Below, one piece after another: positions 48,842 through 62,157 of a DNA stretch of 64,000 bases (position 1 is the stretch's first letter; every line of letters begins with the position of its first letter). Below the pieces are notes generated by a model. The model had not been told where the DNA came from, did not search any database, and saw nothing but the letters and a program-made list of their open reading frames with translations. Both the position numbers and the translations under genes were made by a program. Source of the stretch: Hydrolagus affinis (Eukaryota); the NCBI GenBank assembly GCA_012026655.1, contig JAAILG010001332.1, positions 1 to 64,000 on the forward strand, read 5' to 3'.

Positions 48842-49455
48842 GGAGTCCTGTAGCTCAGTGGTTAGAGCACTCGCCTTACAAGCGTGAGACCTGTGTTCGG
48901 ATCTAGGCAGGTCAGGGAGAAACCTTGGACGTGTTTCCTTACTTCACACACCTAATAATAATCCCTCCCAAAAAAATTTGGTTATTTTCAATCCACGACC
49001 ATTTGTGGGATATTGCTGTGCTCAATTGGCTGGCGCGTTTTGTCCACAAGTACACAGTCAATTCACTTTACAGTATATTCTGTGAAGTGCTTTGAGACCT
49101 CTAGAACAGTGGTTCTCAACCTTTTTCAGTAATGTTAATTTTCAACATTATCGTGTACTCCCACCCAACCACATACACACACACCAACCCCCTTATTCCC
49201 GTTGCATTTTATGACCAAGCTTTTCTTATATAACAAAATAACTAGCACATATAAAACAAGGGGAACAATTAAATATACAATTTGGAGGGCTATAAAACAC
49301 TAAATAAGAGAGCTAAATAAATCAATGTACTGCCACCTGTACCCCCTGGAAGTAATTTTGTTCCCCCTGGGGTACATGTATCCCTGGTTGAGAACCGCTG
49401 GTCTAGAAGACGTGAAAAGTGCTACATTAAATGCAAGGACAATTATTTATTATTT
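48842..49455 (+). mobile_element. Full-length tRNA-Deu-L2 SINE interrupted by a hAT MITE
   Basis: A and B boxes and core. The 3' hairpin is split at tctagaa and resumes at 49401. Confidence 0.93.
49107..49400. mobile_element. hAT-Charlie-like MITE (294 bp)
   Basis: 15-bp TIRs cagtggttctcaacc / ggttgagaaccgctg (1 mismatch). The 8-bp duplication ctctagaa / gtctagaa fits the NTCTAGAN Charlie target. Confidence 0.93.
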
Positions 49456-49683
49456 TCATAATGGGCGTCAAACCCGTTCCTTGTCCAAAACCTTTGACTG
49501 CAGAGGAAACACCATCATGTGACTTTCTCCACCTGTATTTCAGGCTGCTTGCACTGCACAAGTTACACTGCACTCCCAGCATCTGCTGCTTTCATTGTGT
49601 TTTGCTGCAAATTGAAAAACATTGGAGTTTTTTTTCAAGCTCAAATGAAGTAAAGACTGTTAGAAATCCTCTTTAAACTGACC

Positions 49684-49714
49684 CTTATCCAAACAGGAAA
49701 TTGACCTTTGACCC
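49684..49714. promoter_or_regulatory. Candidate enhancer motif cluster: GATA, FOX:ETS-like and nuclear-receptor DR1
   Basis: CTTATC (49684-89), AAACAGGAAAT (49691-49701) and TGACCT-t-TGACCC (49702-14). Confidence 0.4.
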
Positions 49715-50229
49715 CCAGAGATGTAAGAGTACACCGATGGAAATTTCATTATCCCTGCGTTGGCTCTAGCGAGTGAAATTTAATTGTGTAATTATCTGGG
49801 TGACTGAATGTATAAAACTTTATGATGTGTCAGTTAAACGAAGCAGTGTGTTGGTGAGCTACGTGCGAGTTGTTATATGATTTAGTGCTCAGAAGTGCAT
49901 TGTTACAAAGACACCCAAAGAACTTTGGAATGGGGGAAAAACATGTGTTAGAACAAATGGTAAACAGAAGAAGTCAACGGTATGATGATTATTTTTTTAA
50001 CCTCCTATTCAGACTTGCCGGCTACCTGCCATGATGAGCCTTTAAATTCTGTTGTTACCAGATCCCACAAAGTTACCTGGCATCAGAAAAAACATCTGAA
50101 CATTTAATGTTTGCACTACAATCACTGTGAGCATTAAGTTATATCAGTACCGATGAACACTGTAGATAATTTGCATTGCAGGGATCCAGCTAACCCTTCC
50201 AACTATGTCCAAATATAAGGTAATCCTGA

Positions 50230-50485
50230 ACTATCCCAGATCCGAGGTGAGTGGGGGAGGAGGTAGGAAATTTATTTTCACACACAGAGCGTTTGCAATG
50301 CCTGACCAGAATCCATTTTAGCTTTAAAGAGGGAATTGAATAAATATCTGAAAAGGAGAAATTGAAACGTGTTTGAGGGAAAAGGCAGGAAAATGAAACG
50401 AGAAAGGATAGCTCTCTGAGTGAGTCAGTACACACACAAGGGGCTGAATTGTCTCTTTCTGTGCTGTAAAGTTCTATGATTCTAA
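50230..50485 (+). mobile_element. CR1 LINE 3' end
   Basis: ggaggaggtaggaaatttattttcacacacagag..tttaaagagggaattgaataaatatctg..gctgaattgtctctttctgtgctgtaaagttctatgattcta. Confidence 0.82.
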
Positions 50486-53400
50486 ACTCAACAACCTTCC
50501 TCCCAACTGCGGAAGTATTATATTTCCCATATCAGCCATTGTTAGGACCTTTCTGAGAAAGACTGAGCAGCAAGTGACAAATTATGACCATTTCTTTTTA
50601 AATTAACTCAGACCCGCTGGGAACCGAGTGGAAACTGGTCCAAGTCTTGAAACTGGCAACGATTAACAGTTCTTCAAATCCCCAGTTCATTTCTGCACAG
50701 CTTGCAATATCGTTAAGGAAGTTGTTGGATACTCTTTGAGAATAAATTGACAATACACAGTCATACAAAATTGGTTTTGAAGAGGGATTGTGTCTCCATG
50801 CCCCCCCTATAATGTTTTCTGAGTTAAAGAACTGTACCTATTGGATACACTGAGCGGATAATCAGTCAACTTTTAGTCACTTGTTCCCTTCATAAACATG
50901 TATCAAAATGTTTGCTAGGGTTTGCACACAGTACATAATTGACAAAAATACAATAATAATGATAGTTATCTATGCACTTGATATAGCTCCTTATCGTGTC
51001 TTTGAGATGTCTCAAAGCTCTTCACAGAATACACTCTAATGTGAATTGATTTTATTTGATGTGGGTGAAACTCAAATGCATTTCTCCAGGATTTAAAAAA
51101 ATATAGGACGGCCCACTCTCCTTCTCCTTTTAACATAGATTTGGAAAGAGGTGTATAATGCTTACTGTGGAGTGAAATTTGTGGCATGTCTTTGAATATA
51201 CAATTAAGCATTAGACCCATGCAATGGAAAGGATGAATGTATTATTTAAAAAACTGCAGATTTTGAAGCATTCCTAAAGAATCAAGGAATACTAAAAGAA
51301 TCTCTCACTCTGCAGAATGGTCTCCCTGTTGGTCTGTCGTTATTTCATCAGGACCATTGGACCTTTCATAGCGATTCAAGGAAGATTTTTCTAATTTAAG
51401 GTTTTATACTATTTTATACTGGCTCCTTACAAAGTTTCAGTTCAGAACTAGTGTGCTGTATTAAACCGTACAAATTCACCACTCTGGCTGCTACCAGGTT
51501 TTTAGGGAAGAAACTCATCCTGAGTCTAGATTTAAACATTTATTTCTGTAGTGCTTTAGAACATCCAGAATTTAGTAAATGGCTGAATTCAGTCCTAACT
51601 TTGCAGATGGCCGGTAGATCTGTAGTTTGTAAAATAACTTACAGAAAAATAGTTTCAGAGTTAAGGTGGTATTAAGTATTTGCTAAAGTATTTGCTAAAT
51701 TCTAGTCACTCTAAAATGTTACATCAATAGATCCAGGTGGAATTTTCTCCCCTCAAATTGTTTGTTATTTGTTTTTTCTCCAAAAAGTTAGAGCAAGTAT
51801 ACGGTATATGAAGCTGTAATAACACAAAGCTAGTGAAATTCCAGTTAAGCCTGGAGTCTAATTTAGAAAGCAGTTTCAGTGAGCAAAACATAAAGCGGGG
51901 AGGGCACCTCAGATAAGAGAGGCAATGCAGTCAGGAGTAACAAGACTGTTGCCTAATATCAGCAAGATGAGAGTTGAGAATAATTTGATAATCTAGGCAT
52001 CTCTGGCCTTATGTGAGGAGGTATAAGATACTCAGGGATGAGAGGAGTTAATTGAAAAGTCCATGATCGGCATGAGTGGTTTGATCAGGGTCAGTGAATT
52101 TGGCGATGCATCAAAGGCCAGATGGCAAAATGGAAGCTGGTCTTTTCCTCTTCAGACTATCTTTAGCCTTTAGCAGCGATTAGCACTCTCCCAGCCTTTT
52201 CCACTGTATCACAAATCGTATCCCAATATACATTCTAAATGAGATCATTCTGTTATCACTGCACATTGAAGGTCCCCTTCGGATTTCTCAGCGCTTTACA
52301 CTCTTCCCTGAAGAGGTTCCAACAGTATACAATTCTGCATTCTTGTCCCCATTTCCCAGCTGTGTTATCGGGGGCTAAAACATACCCCAGCTGTAGTTAT
52401 TAACTGCTGAATATATCTGGTACTGGACTCTTTAAGAAGCATCTACTGCCGTGGAGACCAGCAACTTCATACTAAAGTGGTTACTCGTTTTCTTTACAAA
52501 AGGCTGCTTGGAACATGAATCACATCTATGGTCTGAATACCATAGAAACCAATAATTACATTTGCCAAGAAAACAATCATAAGATCAAAAGCTCTCAATG
52601 GTTTACTTTAGTCTATACAGGCTCAGGTTCGTGCATTAAGAAAATCCCAGTAAAGCGAAGATTAGTGGTGAGTTTTTAAATAAATAATAATAATCGTTGC
52701 ATTTGATATTGCGCCTTATCGCGTCTTCTAGACGTGTCAAAGTGCTTCACAGAATATATTATAAAGTAAATTCTATATTTTTTTGTGAGTGAAGTAACGA
52801 GGAATAATGACACCTGGAGCAAGGTTTGTATTTCTAGCAAAGAAAAGGAAAGAGCTGGGGGGAAAATGAGAAGCTCTTCGAATCCATTTCTGAAATAATC
52901 TCCCCAAATTCACCTTCCCCATGCTCCCCCATATTCATCTCTAATGTTGCTGGCCCCTCAACCAGGGGAGAAAAAGATACAGGGAAAAAAACATTGGGGA
53001 CGTAGTCTCCCTGGAAATAATAATATAATAATATTCCTGACATTTGATGTAGCACTGTATCACATTGTTGAAATGTCTGAAAGTGCTTCACAGTATTTAG
53101 TGTAATGACCGTGTATTTGTAGGTGAACACAGTATACAGTAATGACTCCCAAATAGCCATGAAGGAATCTTTCCTCAGGCCAACTCCCCAGTTCAGTTGT
53201 ACCATCATACCTCAGTTCTCCATCCCCTCCGCCCTCAGCTCAGACTCCCAGTTAGTTGTGTAAATGGTTTGAGACATCTTCCTCTGAAGGTAAATGACAT
53301 ATCCTTCTGATTAAGATGAATTATGTATTTAATTATCAAAGCTTAAAAGGAAATGAGAAAATGGGTTCACTTTTAGCACTAACAGGTCAGTTATATTCGT

Positions 53401-54902
53401 GTGCGAGCAGGCTTGATTACATCTCTTCTCAGTTTAAATGTATAACTCCCATAGCAATGTGGTTTTCATATCATCGCATCAACCTCATGACAACATTCTC
53501 AGCTTTAACAAGACTTACCTTAAACCCAATCTGTTAGTTTAGTTACATACATTGTGTGGTGCTACATATATCTAGCTCTTTGTGACATCCTCCTGAAGTG
53601 AAAAGCACAATATAAATGTAAATTGGATAGCATGTGTAGGCCACATCCAGAGATTAGTTTGGGAGCAAGCTCACACAGAGTCTCATAATTGAACAAACAG
53701 AGGCAGCAGAGACAGAAACCCACCAGCATTGTGGCAAAATTGCTCTGCACACTTTGAAATGTTCATTTATGCTTTATATCTGCAACTTTTCTAGGGTTTA
53801 AACAACTTGGTATTATCATACTTTGTTACAACAATGATGGCACACAAACAAACATCCAGTGTAAATAATTTGGGACAAAATTCACAGATGGGGAATCGAG
53901 AAAAAAGGCACGGAGAAAGAAATGGCCAGGAAGCAGCCAGTCTTACTAGATTTTGCTCACCACCCTTTCCCGGAGTTTGTTTAGTTGGGATTTGTGATTG
54001 CCCGATTTGGCTGCAGGTTTAGCAGCTGGGAAATCGCAACCCAGAACTTGCAAATTCCCCCACAGAATCCGGTTTACAGAAGTCACACATTAGGTCCGCA
54101 AAATGTGTGCAATCGCTTCATATCTAGCAACATCGGTGGAGGACCACCCACCCTGGAAGAGTGGTCTCAGGAGAAGAGCAATGAGAGAGCAGCATCCTCA
54201 GGCAATGTGGATTTGAGAGCATTTTTACACTCAGCGTCACACACACCTGCATATTTATGGAAAAGGACCATTTCCTATTCTGAAAGATGTCCTCATTATG
54301 GGCATCTCGGCTATGAAGAACATATGTGCAATCGGCTGGCCTCAGGACATTTCAAACACCCCCTTAACACAAGTCTGACCTGCTGCTACTGCTGCTGTTA
54401 CTGCTGTTGCTGCTGCTGTCTGTGATAGGCAGATATAAGATCCTTTGCTCCTGGTAAGATCACCAGTCACCTCAGTTGTAGAGCGTGGCATCGGTCTCTG
54501 GCTGATGTTAGCTATCACACTGCAGTCACCCTGAAATGAGCAAGGGTTTTCTTTTAAAAATCCGTATTATAATAACATATACGTGCACAGGCAAAGCAAA
54601 AGCAATTCATTTCACCCAACTTTATTTTGTGACCTCTCTGTTAAGATCCCATTCCCTACTTTAAGTGGCAGGCAGACATGCTGCTATGGGTGCCCTGGGG
54701 ATTTGGTTGAGTTGACCACAAACAACAACAACAACAACTTGCACTTATACAGCACTCGCACGCAGGGTAGCATCTCAGAGAGCTCAGATGTGTGGTATCA
54801 GTGCATGTGTGTGTGTTTTGGAGTGGGTGTGTTTGTGGGAGTGCATGTATGTGTGTTTGTGTGCAAAACTCAACTATAACTGGCAAAAGATCGTTTTATC
54901 TC

Positions 54903-55005
54903 AATCAATTACTGTATTTAGTGAAACTCATATTTTAGTCATTTGACAGTGAAATTTCACCAAGTGTGACCAAAATATCAGTTTTATTAAATACAGTAAT
55001 TGATT
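54903..55005. repeat. 103-bp near-perfect palindrome (MITE-like hairpin)
   Basis: Outer 39-bp arms match at 35/39 positions. The centre is gtgaaatttcac. Confidence 0.88.
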
Positions 55006-55499
55006 AGACAGAAATGTGGGGAGTTCTCATTTTGGGTTTTAATTTAAAAGATTTCCTTTTAACAATTGCAGAAAACCATCTGAATTTGAAAAATTCCAGG
55101 ATATTATCTTAAATTTTAAGATAAAATTGTCCACATGCTGAGACAAGATGACATTTCAGACCTCAGCAATCAATTTGCAAGTCATTATTTTGCCACTAAA
55201 GGTTTAATATGTCAAATGAACAACTTAGGCACTTTCCCAGCACTGCAATATGAAAATAAAGTTATTTAGCGTTCACATGAGGAGGATATCTCAAAGTACT
55301 TCACAGGATTCACTGGAAAGTGTAGTAACTGTATATTTGTAGGTAAATGTGGCAGCCAGATTGCACACAGCAATGTCCCTCAAACAGCTATGAAGCAAAT
55401 TATCAATTTTATCCGGGGATTGTTGGCCAGGGCAATTTTTTGAATAATGTTATGTACTGTATTTGGGAAAACAAAACTGCTCACCATGATCTTACTGAT

Positions 55500-55650
55500 A
55501 CAACAACAACAAAATTACACTTGTATAGCGCCTTTCACTTCAGGAGGATATCTCAAGGCGCTGGACAGTTATTGTTTCAGACCCAAGCTGGGGACAGGGA
55601 AGGTGGAGGGAAAGGTGGGGAATTTGGAGTGACCGATGGCGTTGGAAATA
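55500..55650 (-). mobile_element. L2 LINE 3' end fragment
   Basis: (AAC)n followed by the antisense hairpin agcgcctttcacttcaggaggatatctcaaggcgctgg. Confidence 0.88.
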
Positions 55651-58600
55651 TCCTCCTGTAAACAGCAATATAAGTGAACTTGATGCTTTGCAGAAAAAAT
55701 TTCCTTGCAAATAAAATCCAATTGGCAATTCAAAGTGGCAGAAAATCAGATAAAACCCTGGATTTCCACCCATTATACAACTTCCTGCCTGGCAGCAAAA
55801 TGACGGAGATTTCTCTGACCCTTGGAACATCCCTCATAAGCCATTAAGGCTTTAAGGATTCTAATTATGATATACAGATTCTTTAAAGCTAATACTTAGA
55901 AGTTAACAAAAAGCCTCACACCACAACTCGTGAGGCTGATGTTTGGGGATGATGGCCATCTGTGCAAAGTATAGAATTCACATTCTTTTACTGGGGCTAC
56001 CGAAACTTTTTGGATAAAGAGATTAAAAACTGGCAACATGGATGAAATTCCTAGCTAGTCCTAGTTTTGTCTTCACTCAGTCACTATGGGAGTAAAAGTC
56101 AATGAGGAATATCTTACCTTTTCATTATTTATTTATATGATTCTTTTCTAAACAGATTTTAAAAATCTGTTTATAGCACTAATATATTTATGAGAACAAG
56201 AGAGTTTTGGGGACACAATTTTAATGATAAATCTGCCTGCTACTTCATTCTAACATCAAACACTTGGGACATTTTACTACATCAAGATGCACATTGTTTC
56301 TGTTAGTCATTTGATGGTGGGATAGATTTGATGTTGAACACATTGATGTGCCTGGTTGTGCATGTTGGCCACTGCTCCCAATGCTTTTCTCACCAATGAT
56401 GTCCGTAATGCCAGATCCATAGAATTGAATATCCAGCTTGCAAATGTGGGATACAATAACAACTTGCATTTATATAGCGCCCTATATAGCATGAGATAGC
56501 ATCCTGGGGTGCTCATATGTCGTATTGCTTGTTACCAAACAAAAGATATGGAATCCCACAAACCAGCAATCAAAACCTACAAGCATGAGCCGGATGCCGA
56601 ATGTTTTACCGACTTTACCATGAGTGAAAGGGGTCATCTCTTAGTCTCTTTTATATTTAGGTACATTCATTGTGCTAAATATCAAACTAACAATCTCGGT
56701 TTGCCCAATTGACTCTAAATCAAAAAAGCTACTTCTCGCTCATCAATTTACATTTGATTTTTTAGCTAGTTTATCTCAATTGCCAAGAGTCTTATTTGGT
56801 TCACTTTCTGGCTCTGGTTGATTTTTGTTTGATGACTTATGTAAAACCATTGGAATGCTCCAATATCAGTTCTTAAAAGCCCATTTCCCAAGAGTAATAT
56901 CAAAGCTGGCGGCCAGGCCACCAAATGTAATTATTCTATATGACTTGTCAGAAATTCTAATAACGTGACAGGGAGAAGAAAAGACTGATTGTTCTTAAAA
57001 GGTGAAATTCATTTGCATTCATTTTTCTTCTTCTTGAAAAAAAAGTGTAAAATAACCCAGCAGCTCAGCTAAAAATAAGCCACTGAGAATCAGAACTTTT
57101 TAAACTAAACAACCCTTGATTGAAGCAGAGAAACCTAAGCCAGCACAGGGAATTCTTTCACTTGTTATCCCACTTTCATCCCACACATCTGAGGAAGTAG
57201 AATGAAAATTTCCTGGCATCCTGGGGCAATAAAATAATCCGAATCTTGTGAAACCACATTAATGCTGAGTTTCAACAGAGGCCCTTTGAGAAATGGGAGT
57301 GCTGTCTTTCCCAGGCAAGGGCAGGATTCAGATCATTCTGACATGTGGAAGAAACCACAATAATAAAATATAAGTGGAGATAACCTGACTGGATGATGCT
57401 AAATCTGTAACGTGTGCAACGCTTAGCGTGCAAACCACTACAGCATTCCGGAGAAATCCAATTTGTTCAAAGCTTTGTCCTTAATTGTACTATATGTTCA
57501 AAGAGTTGTCCTTAATTGTATTTATGTTTCCAATTTTAAAGCCAAATGTTCTTCCAAGCGTCAAAGAACCAAAATGAAACAACAAACTTACTGTTCCTTC
57601 TTTTTGTTATTTTATCGATGACTATAGTTTTGTTGCTGTAGTTACTATCATTTACTGGTGGATGTGTTAATCAGCTATGCTTGGTCTCATTTGTGTTCAG
57701 ATGATTAAATTAACAATTAAGGATATTCACTTAGCATACAAAGAATTGCAAGCTGATGTTATTAATCCCTCTAGCTCTTCAGTGAGAAAGCCATTGACAG
57801 CAAAGTATTTTATATTTTGTTTCTTTAAAGCTAAAATGTTAAATGGTTTGAAGGAGGGAGAATTTAAAATATAAAGCATTGACAAAATCTAATAAAATAA
57901 TGGAGTTGACTTGACAGGCTGAATGGCCTACACTTGTGCTTCTTCATCTGTGTTCCTGTGGGAGCAGTACATCAACAATGGCAGTTGTGTGTAATTCAGC
58001 AGGTTCCTTGATTGCCAGTTTCTGCTTTCTTTCAGTGAGAGGCAAAGAGCCGAGTAGAGAGGTAGAGGGAAATGGTAGTATGAATTGCCCCTTGGATACT
58101 ATTTTGCCATCCTCTTCACAGCAAGTTCAGAACCAGACCAGAGTCTGAAAGTAGGTCATGTGCGCATTCCTTCAGCCACCTGAGGAAAATAGCCTGCTTG
58201 GAGCAAAGAAAAAGGTTTCTGAGGGCAACTTGACCCAAAATTTGATCACAGTTTTTGTAGACGTAAACAAGGAAATGCAAAAACAAGGGGCAACCAGAGC
58301 ATCATGGCAGCTGCTCCTATGAATGGAATTCCTGAACATCCAAGGCTATCGGGGAAGTGAAGACAAGCCAGACGGTGAGTAAATTTTGGGCCTTTCTCGC
58401 ACGTCTTTCAGCAGTCAGCTCAAGATCAACAAGTAGGTCAGAGGCATGGACTCAGGCTGACCACATACCTTCTTGGCCTTGAAGCTTCTGGCTGCAGGAG
58501 TTATAAATATAATTTACACGAAGTAACATTCACATCAGGAGGATGTCTCAAAGCGTTGACAATGATGGATGGGTGGGGAACCAAGGGAGTTGAGAGGAAG

Positions 58601-59544
58601 AGTAAATCTACAGGGGAGTTAAAATCCACCAGCTATGACTATAGCTTTAAGTAAACTCAAATTCTGCTATATGTGTGCTGTCATGGTTAACTTATAGAAA
58701 TCTAAGAATCTGTGCACTATTGGCTGCCACATTTCACCCACATAATATACAATCAGTTAACTTTACAGTATATTCTGTGAAGCACGTTGAGACATTGCGA
58801 AGACTTGATAAGGCGCTATATCAAATGCAAGGATTATTAATATTATTTCTATTATAAGTACACCATTAACAGAGGAGTTGTCCTTTAGCTGAGATGCTTT
58901 GGGTCTAACCTGTTTTCAGGTAGATGTTAAAGATCTAAGTTCATGATTTGATGAGTAAAGGTGGGTTTTTCCCAGTCTCCATCAAATTGACCAAATAACT
59001 GAATATTCAAGAAATAGCTTGCTATAATGTGAAATGGAAGAATGAGATCAAATGAGCCTAGAGGAACCTTCTTCATCTGAACCTCTCTTATGATAATATT
59101 TTGCTAAGGCAGATTGCTGTTTGAAAGAATGAGACAGGGTGTAATTTAAATGATAGTAAAATTGTGTTATAAACTACAGCAGTATGTCAGCTGGATGTAA
59201 GGCTCAGTACTGTACAAGGAACTTGCATGCTAATATTAAAGATGTTCTTAGAGAAATGTTTGAAACAGCACAAGCAGTTTTTTTCAATCCATTAAAATAA
59301 AATAATTCCTGCATTTGATATTGGGCTTTTTACGTCTTCTAGACGTCACATTACATTCATTCGATATGTTAAATAAATATATTCAGCCATTGCTGAATAA
59401 GAAACAAGCTTCAGCCTTTAGATATGATTTTTTTTAAGGAAACATACTATCATAAAATAAATGTCACACAATGCAGTTAACTGATTAAAATAATATTTTG
59501 TTAAAACAAAGTATTAGACAGCTTTGTGAGACTTTGGCATAATC

Positions 59545-59560
59545 CTCCACTAGGGGGCTT
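59545..59560 (+). promoter_or_regulatory. Candidate CTCF motif
   Basis: CCACTAGGGGGC at 59547-59558 matches the CTCF core. Confidence 0.5.
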
Positions 59561-59984
59561 TCGGAAGCCAGTCTTTTAGGGAGTAAGCAGCTTTCACTAT
59601 GTAGTTAGCAGCTACTATATATTGAATGTCCATTTGTGAGGTTTGAAATATGAAGAGTTTTAAAAATAATCATATAATAATCCTTTCATTTGATTAAACA
59701 AACCCACCCACAGAACCATCACTGAGAAGCCTTGTCCATCTATCAGTTATATTCTCTTGAAAGCTGCGTCTTTATGGGTCAACTGAGTTGCTATTGTAGT
59801 AAACTCTCCCCCTGATGATTTTAATGCCAGCCTGAAGGCGAGTAAACCTTAAATTCCTTGATCACTGAGGATCATTATAATCACACATCTAGTTCCCAAA
59901 CAGAAACTAAATTTTAGAATTTTCCACAATTCTGCACAATCTTACAACTTAAGACAAAATGCTCTTAATGATCTAAGCAAGGAG

Positions 59985-60210
59985 TCAGTCTGGCTCAAGG
60001 TGGCACACTCTCACTTCTGAGCCAGAAGATTCAAGCCACACATTGGGACTTTGAGCCCATAGGTGACACTTCAACTTGGTGTTGAGAAAGTGCTGCATTG
60101 TTGTAGGTACCACCATTCAAGTGGTATACCTTAATTCAATTAAGGTGGAGATTAAAAGGTACTATTTGAAAAAAAAGGGAATTTCTCTCAATGTTCTGAC
60201 CACCAGTCCT
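59985..60210 (+). mobile_element. SacSINE1-like SINE 5' part
   Basis: tggctcaaggtggcacactctcacttctgagccagaag..gggactttgagc..gctgcattgttgtaggtacc. Confidence 0.72.
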
Positions 60211-62069
60211 CCAGATCAACTTTGTTTATATCATATGCACATCTTATTTTTCAACAATAAGATGAAAGTTTGAGCCTAATGTCACAAATAATGAATCCAG
60301 CTGATAACCTCCCCAATCCTATGTTATTCCTTGTCTCACTCAAGTAGTGACCAAATAATGGGATGGTGAATCGTAAATAGCGCATACCTCATTGTCTGAT
60401 GTTAATATTTGTGTTGGTCAAAACAATTGTTTATTTCTCGTTATTTTACATTTAAAGCCACAGATATTAAATTTATGAGAGAAAACTTTTTTAAAAAGTA
60501 TTAAATGTTTCAGAAAGAAGTAAGTGCTGTTTGGTACCTTATCACGGTGTGGTTTCAATGCCAATCGTATTCTCAGAGCTACATCAGACATTCCATCTTA
60601 TGTGACAATATCTTGAGACACATGAGAGCCTTTTGGCAAAACAATTAGCCACCCAGACTGTTTCCCACCAACCCTGAATCCAGCATTTCTCTGCCAGGAA
60701 AAATAGCCAGTATTTGAAACACACACAAGTTTCAAGACCAGATCCAGATAGCATTATTCACAGAACAATATGCCTTACTGCAAAAGCAGGGATCAGCCAG
60801 GCCATCCAGCCCCAGGCTATTTTTGAAAGAGAAGAATTTCATCTACTGTCCACAAGTGCAGTCTCAGAGGTGCTCAGGGTTAACATGCCATGCTAGCCAC
60901 GGTGTCACCACTGTGTGTATTCTTTGCATTGAAAATATTTAACCTTTGTCATGCCACACAGGGTTTTTATTATAAATATTAAAAAATACATTAAATAACA
61001 TGCCAAATTAACTGTAGCGGTGTAGAAAGTTTAAACGTTCACGTCCCCTGTGGTGAGCAGAAAAATATTCCTCGGGCCTATAGAGCGAAGCGGGAATGAA
61101 AAGTTATGAAAAATGTTATCTGAGATGGTTGATACTGTAATTATTCCCCGTTTGTCCATAGTGTTCACTAAGTGTTATTACTGTATCACACTGTTTATGC
61201 AGATGTAAAAACTTTAAGGAGGTTATTTGAGCCACAAGTGGAACCTCTGTAATAACCCCACTGGTTACCTTAGCTATACACGGCGGTAGACAGCTAAGTC
61301 GGCAGGAGGGGAAATGTGTAAAAGATGCAAGCAGGCAGCCTGGTGTCACTGATGCTCCTGATGGGAATGAACTCTGCCTATGGCCCTCACTTGATAGACA
61401 GTAAGTAATTATTAAATAGTCCATGGCATCAATTCGTATTAGCACAAACTAGTCCAGTGCCATATGTGCAGGGTAAGGCTATTCCAAGGAGACTTTGATA
61501 AGCCATGACATTCCTGAGCCACAGGTTCAATGGAATTTGGTCCATTTAACTCCATGGGCCTAATAGCACAGAAGTGAATTTTATATTTATGATTTCTAAC
61601 TGATACAATGGAAATGTGCTTTGTTTGACTCTGTACCTGTTGACTAAGTGTGTTTAATATTTTGTTTATATGTGTTTATATGTTTTCTTTATGTCTGCTT
61701 TCCCTTTTCATTTAACATGATGAGGCATATAGGTGATGAATAAATAAGCAATTTATTCACCCTAGTTTGGGAGCTTTCTCTTGGCTGAGATAAGGTCTGA
61801 AAAGAAAATGTTAACCACAATTTATCGTCAATATAATGTTACTTGTGAGTTATTTCTTTACTGTCAAAATCCATATGCCAACTAAAGATCACCAAGTGAA
61901 AAGCCAACCACAAAACGCCTTTTGCCAGCCTTCACGTCACAATGAATCACAATTTATTTAAATCAATTTGCTATCAATTTCATGCGCAATTTCAGGAGTC
62001 AATTCCGAATTAGTGCTGGAACTCATGGTTTGGAACGCTGCTGTCTCAATCCCCAACATAGGGTAGGAA

Positions 62070-62157
62070 CCCAGGTAGCAAGCCCATATGGGCCCCATAT
62101 GGGACAAATTGGGTTGATCCCTGCCCATATGGGCCCCACATGGGCTTGCTACCTGGG
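62070..62157. mobile_element. 88-bp foldback MITE with CCCAG termini (possibly CACTA/EnSpm-related)
   Basis: 34-bp inverted arms with 2 mismatches and a 20-bp spacer. aa lies on both flanks (62068-69, 62158-59) as a possible 2-bp duplication. Confidence 0.85.

Noticed and set aside
53985-54425. 146-aa ORF ending in poly-Cys
   Set aside because: It uses a non-ATG start, begins in a degenerate inverted repeat and ends in a (CTG)n microsatellite.
57069-57078. MEF2-like CTAAAAATAA site
   Set aside because: A single AT-rich 10-mer is expected by chance in this composition.
57472-57522. Short local tandem duplications (also 37687-37747, 51673-51699, 13450-13520)
   Set aside because: These are ordinary slippage duplications with no further structure.
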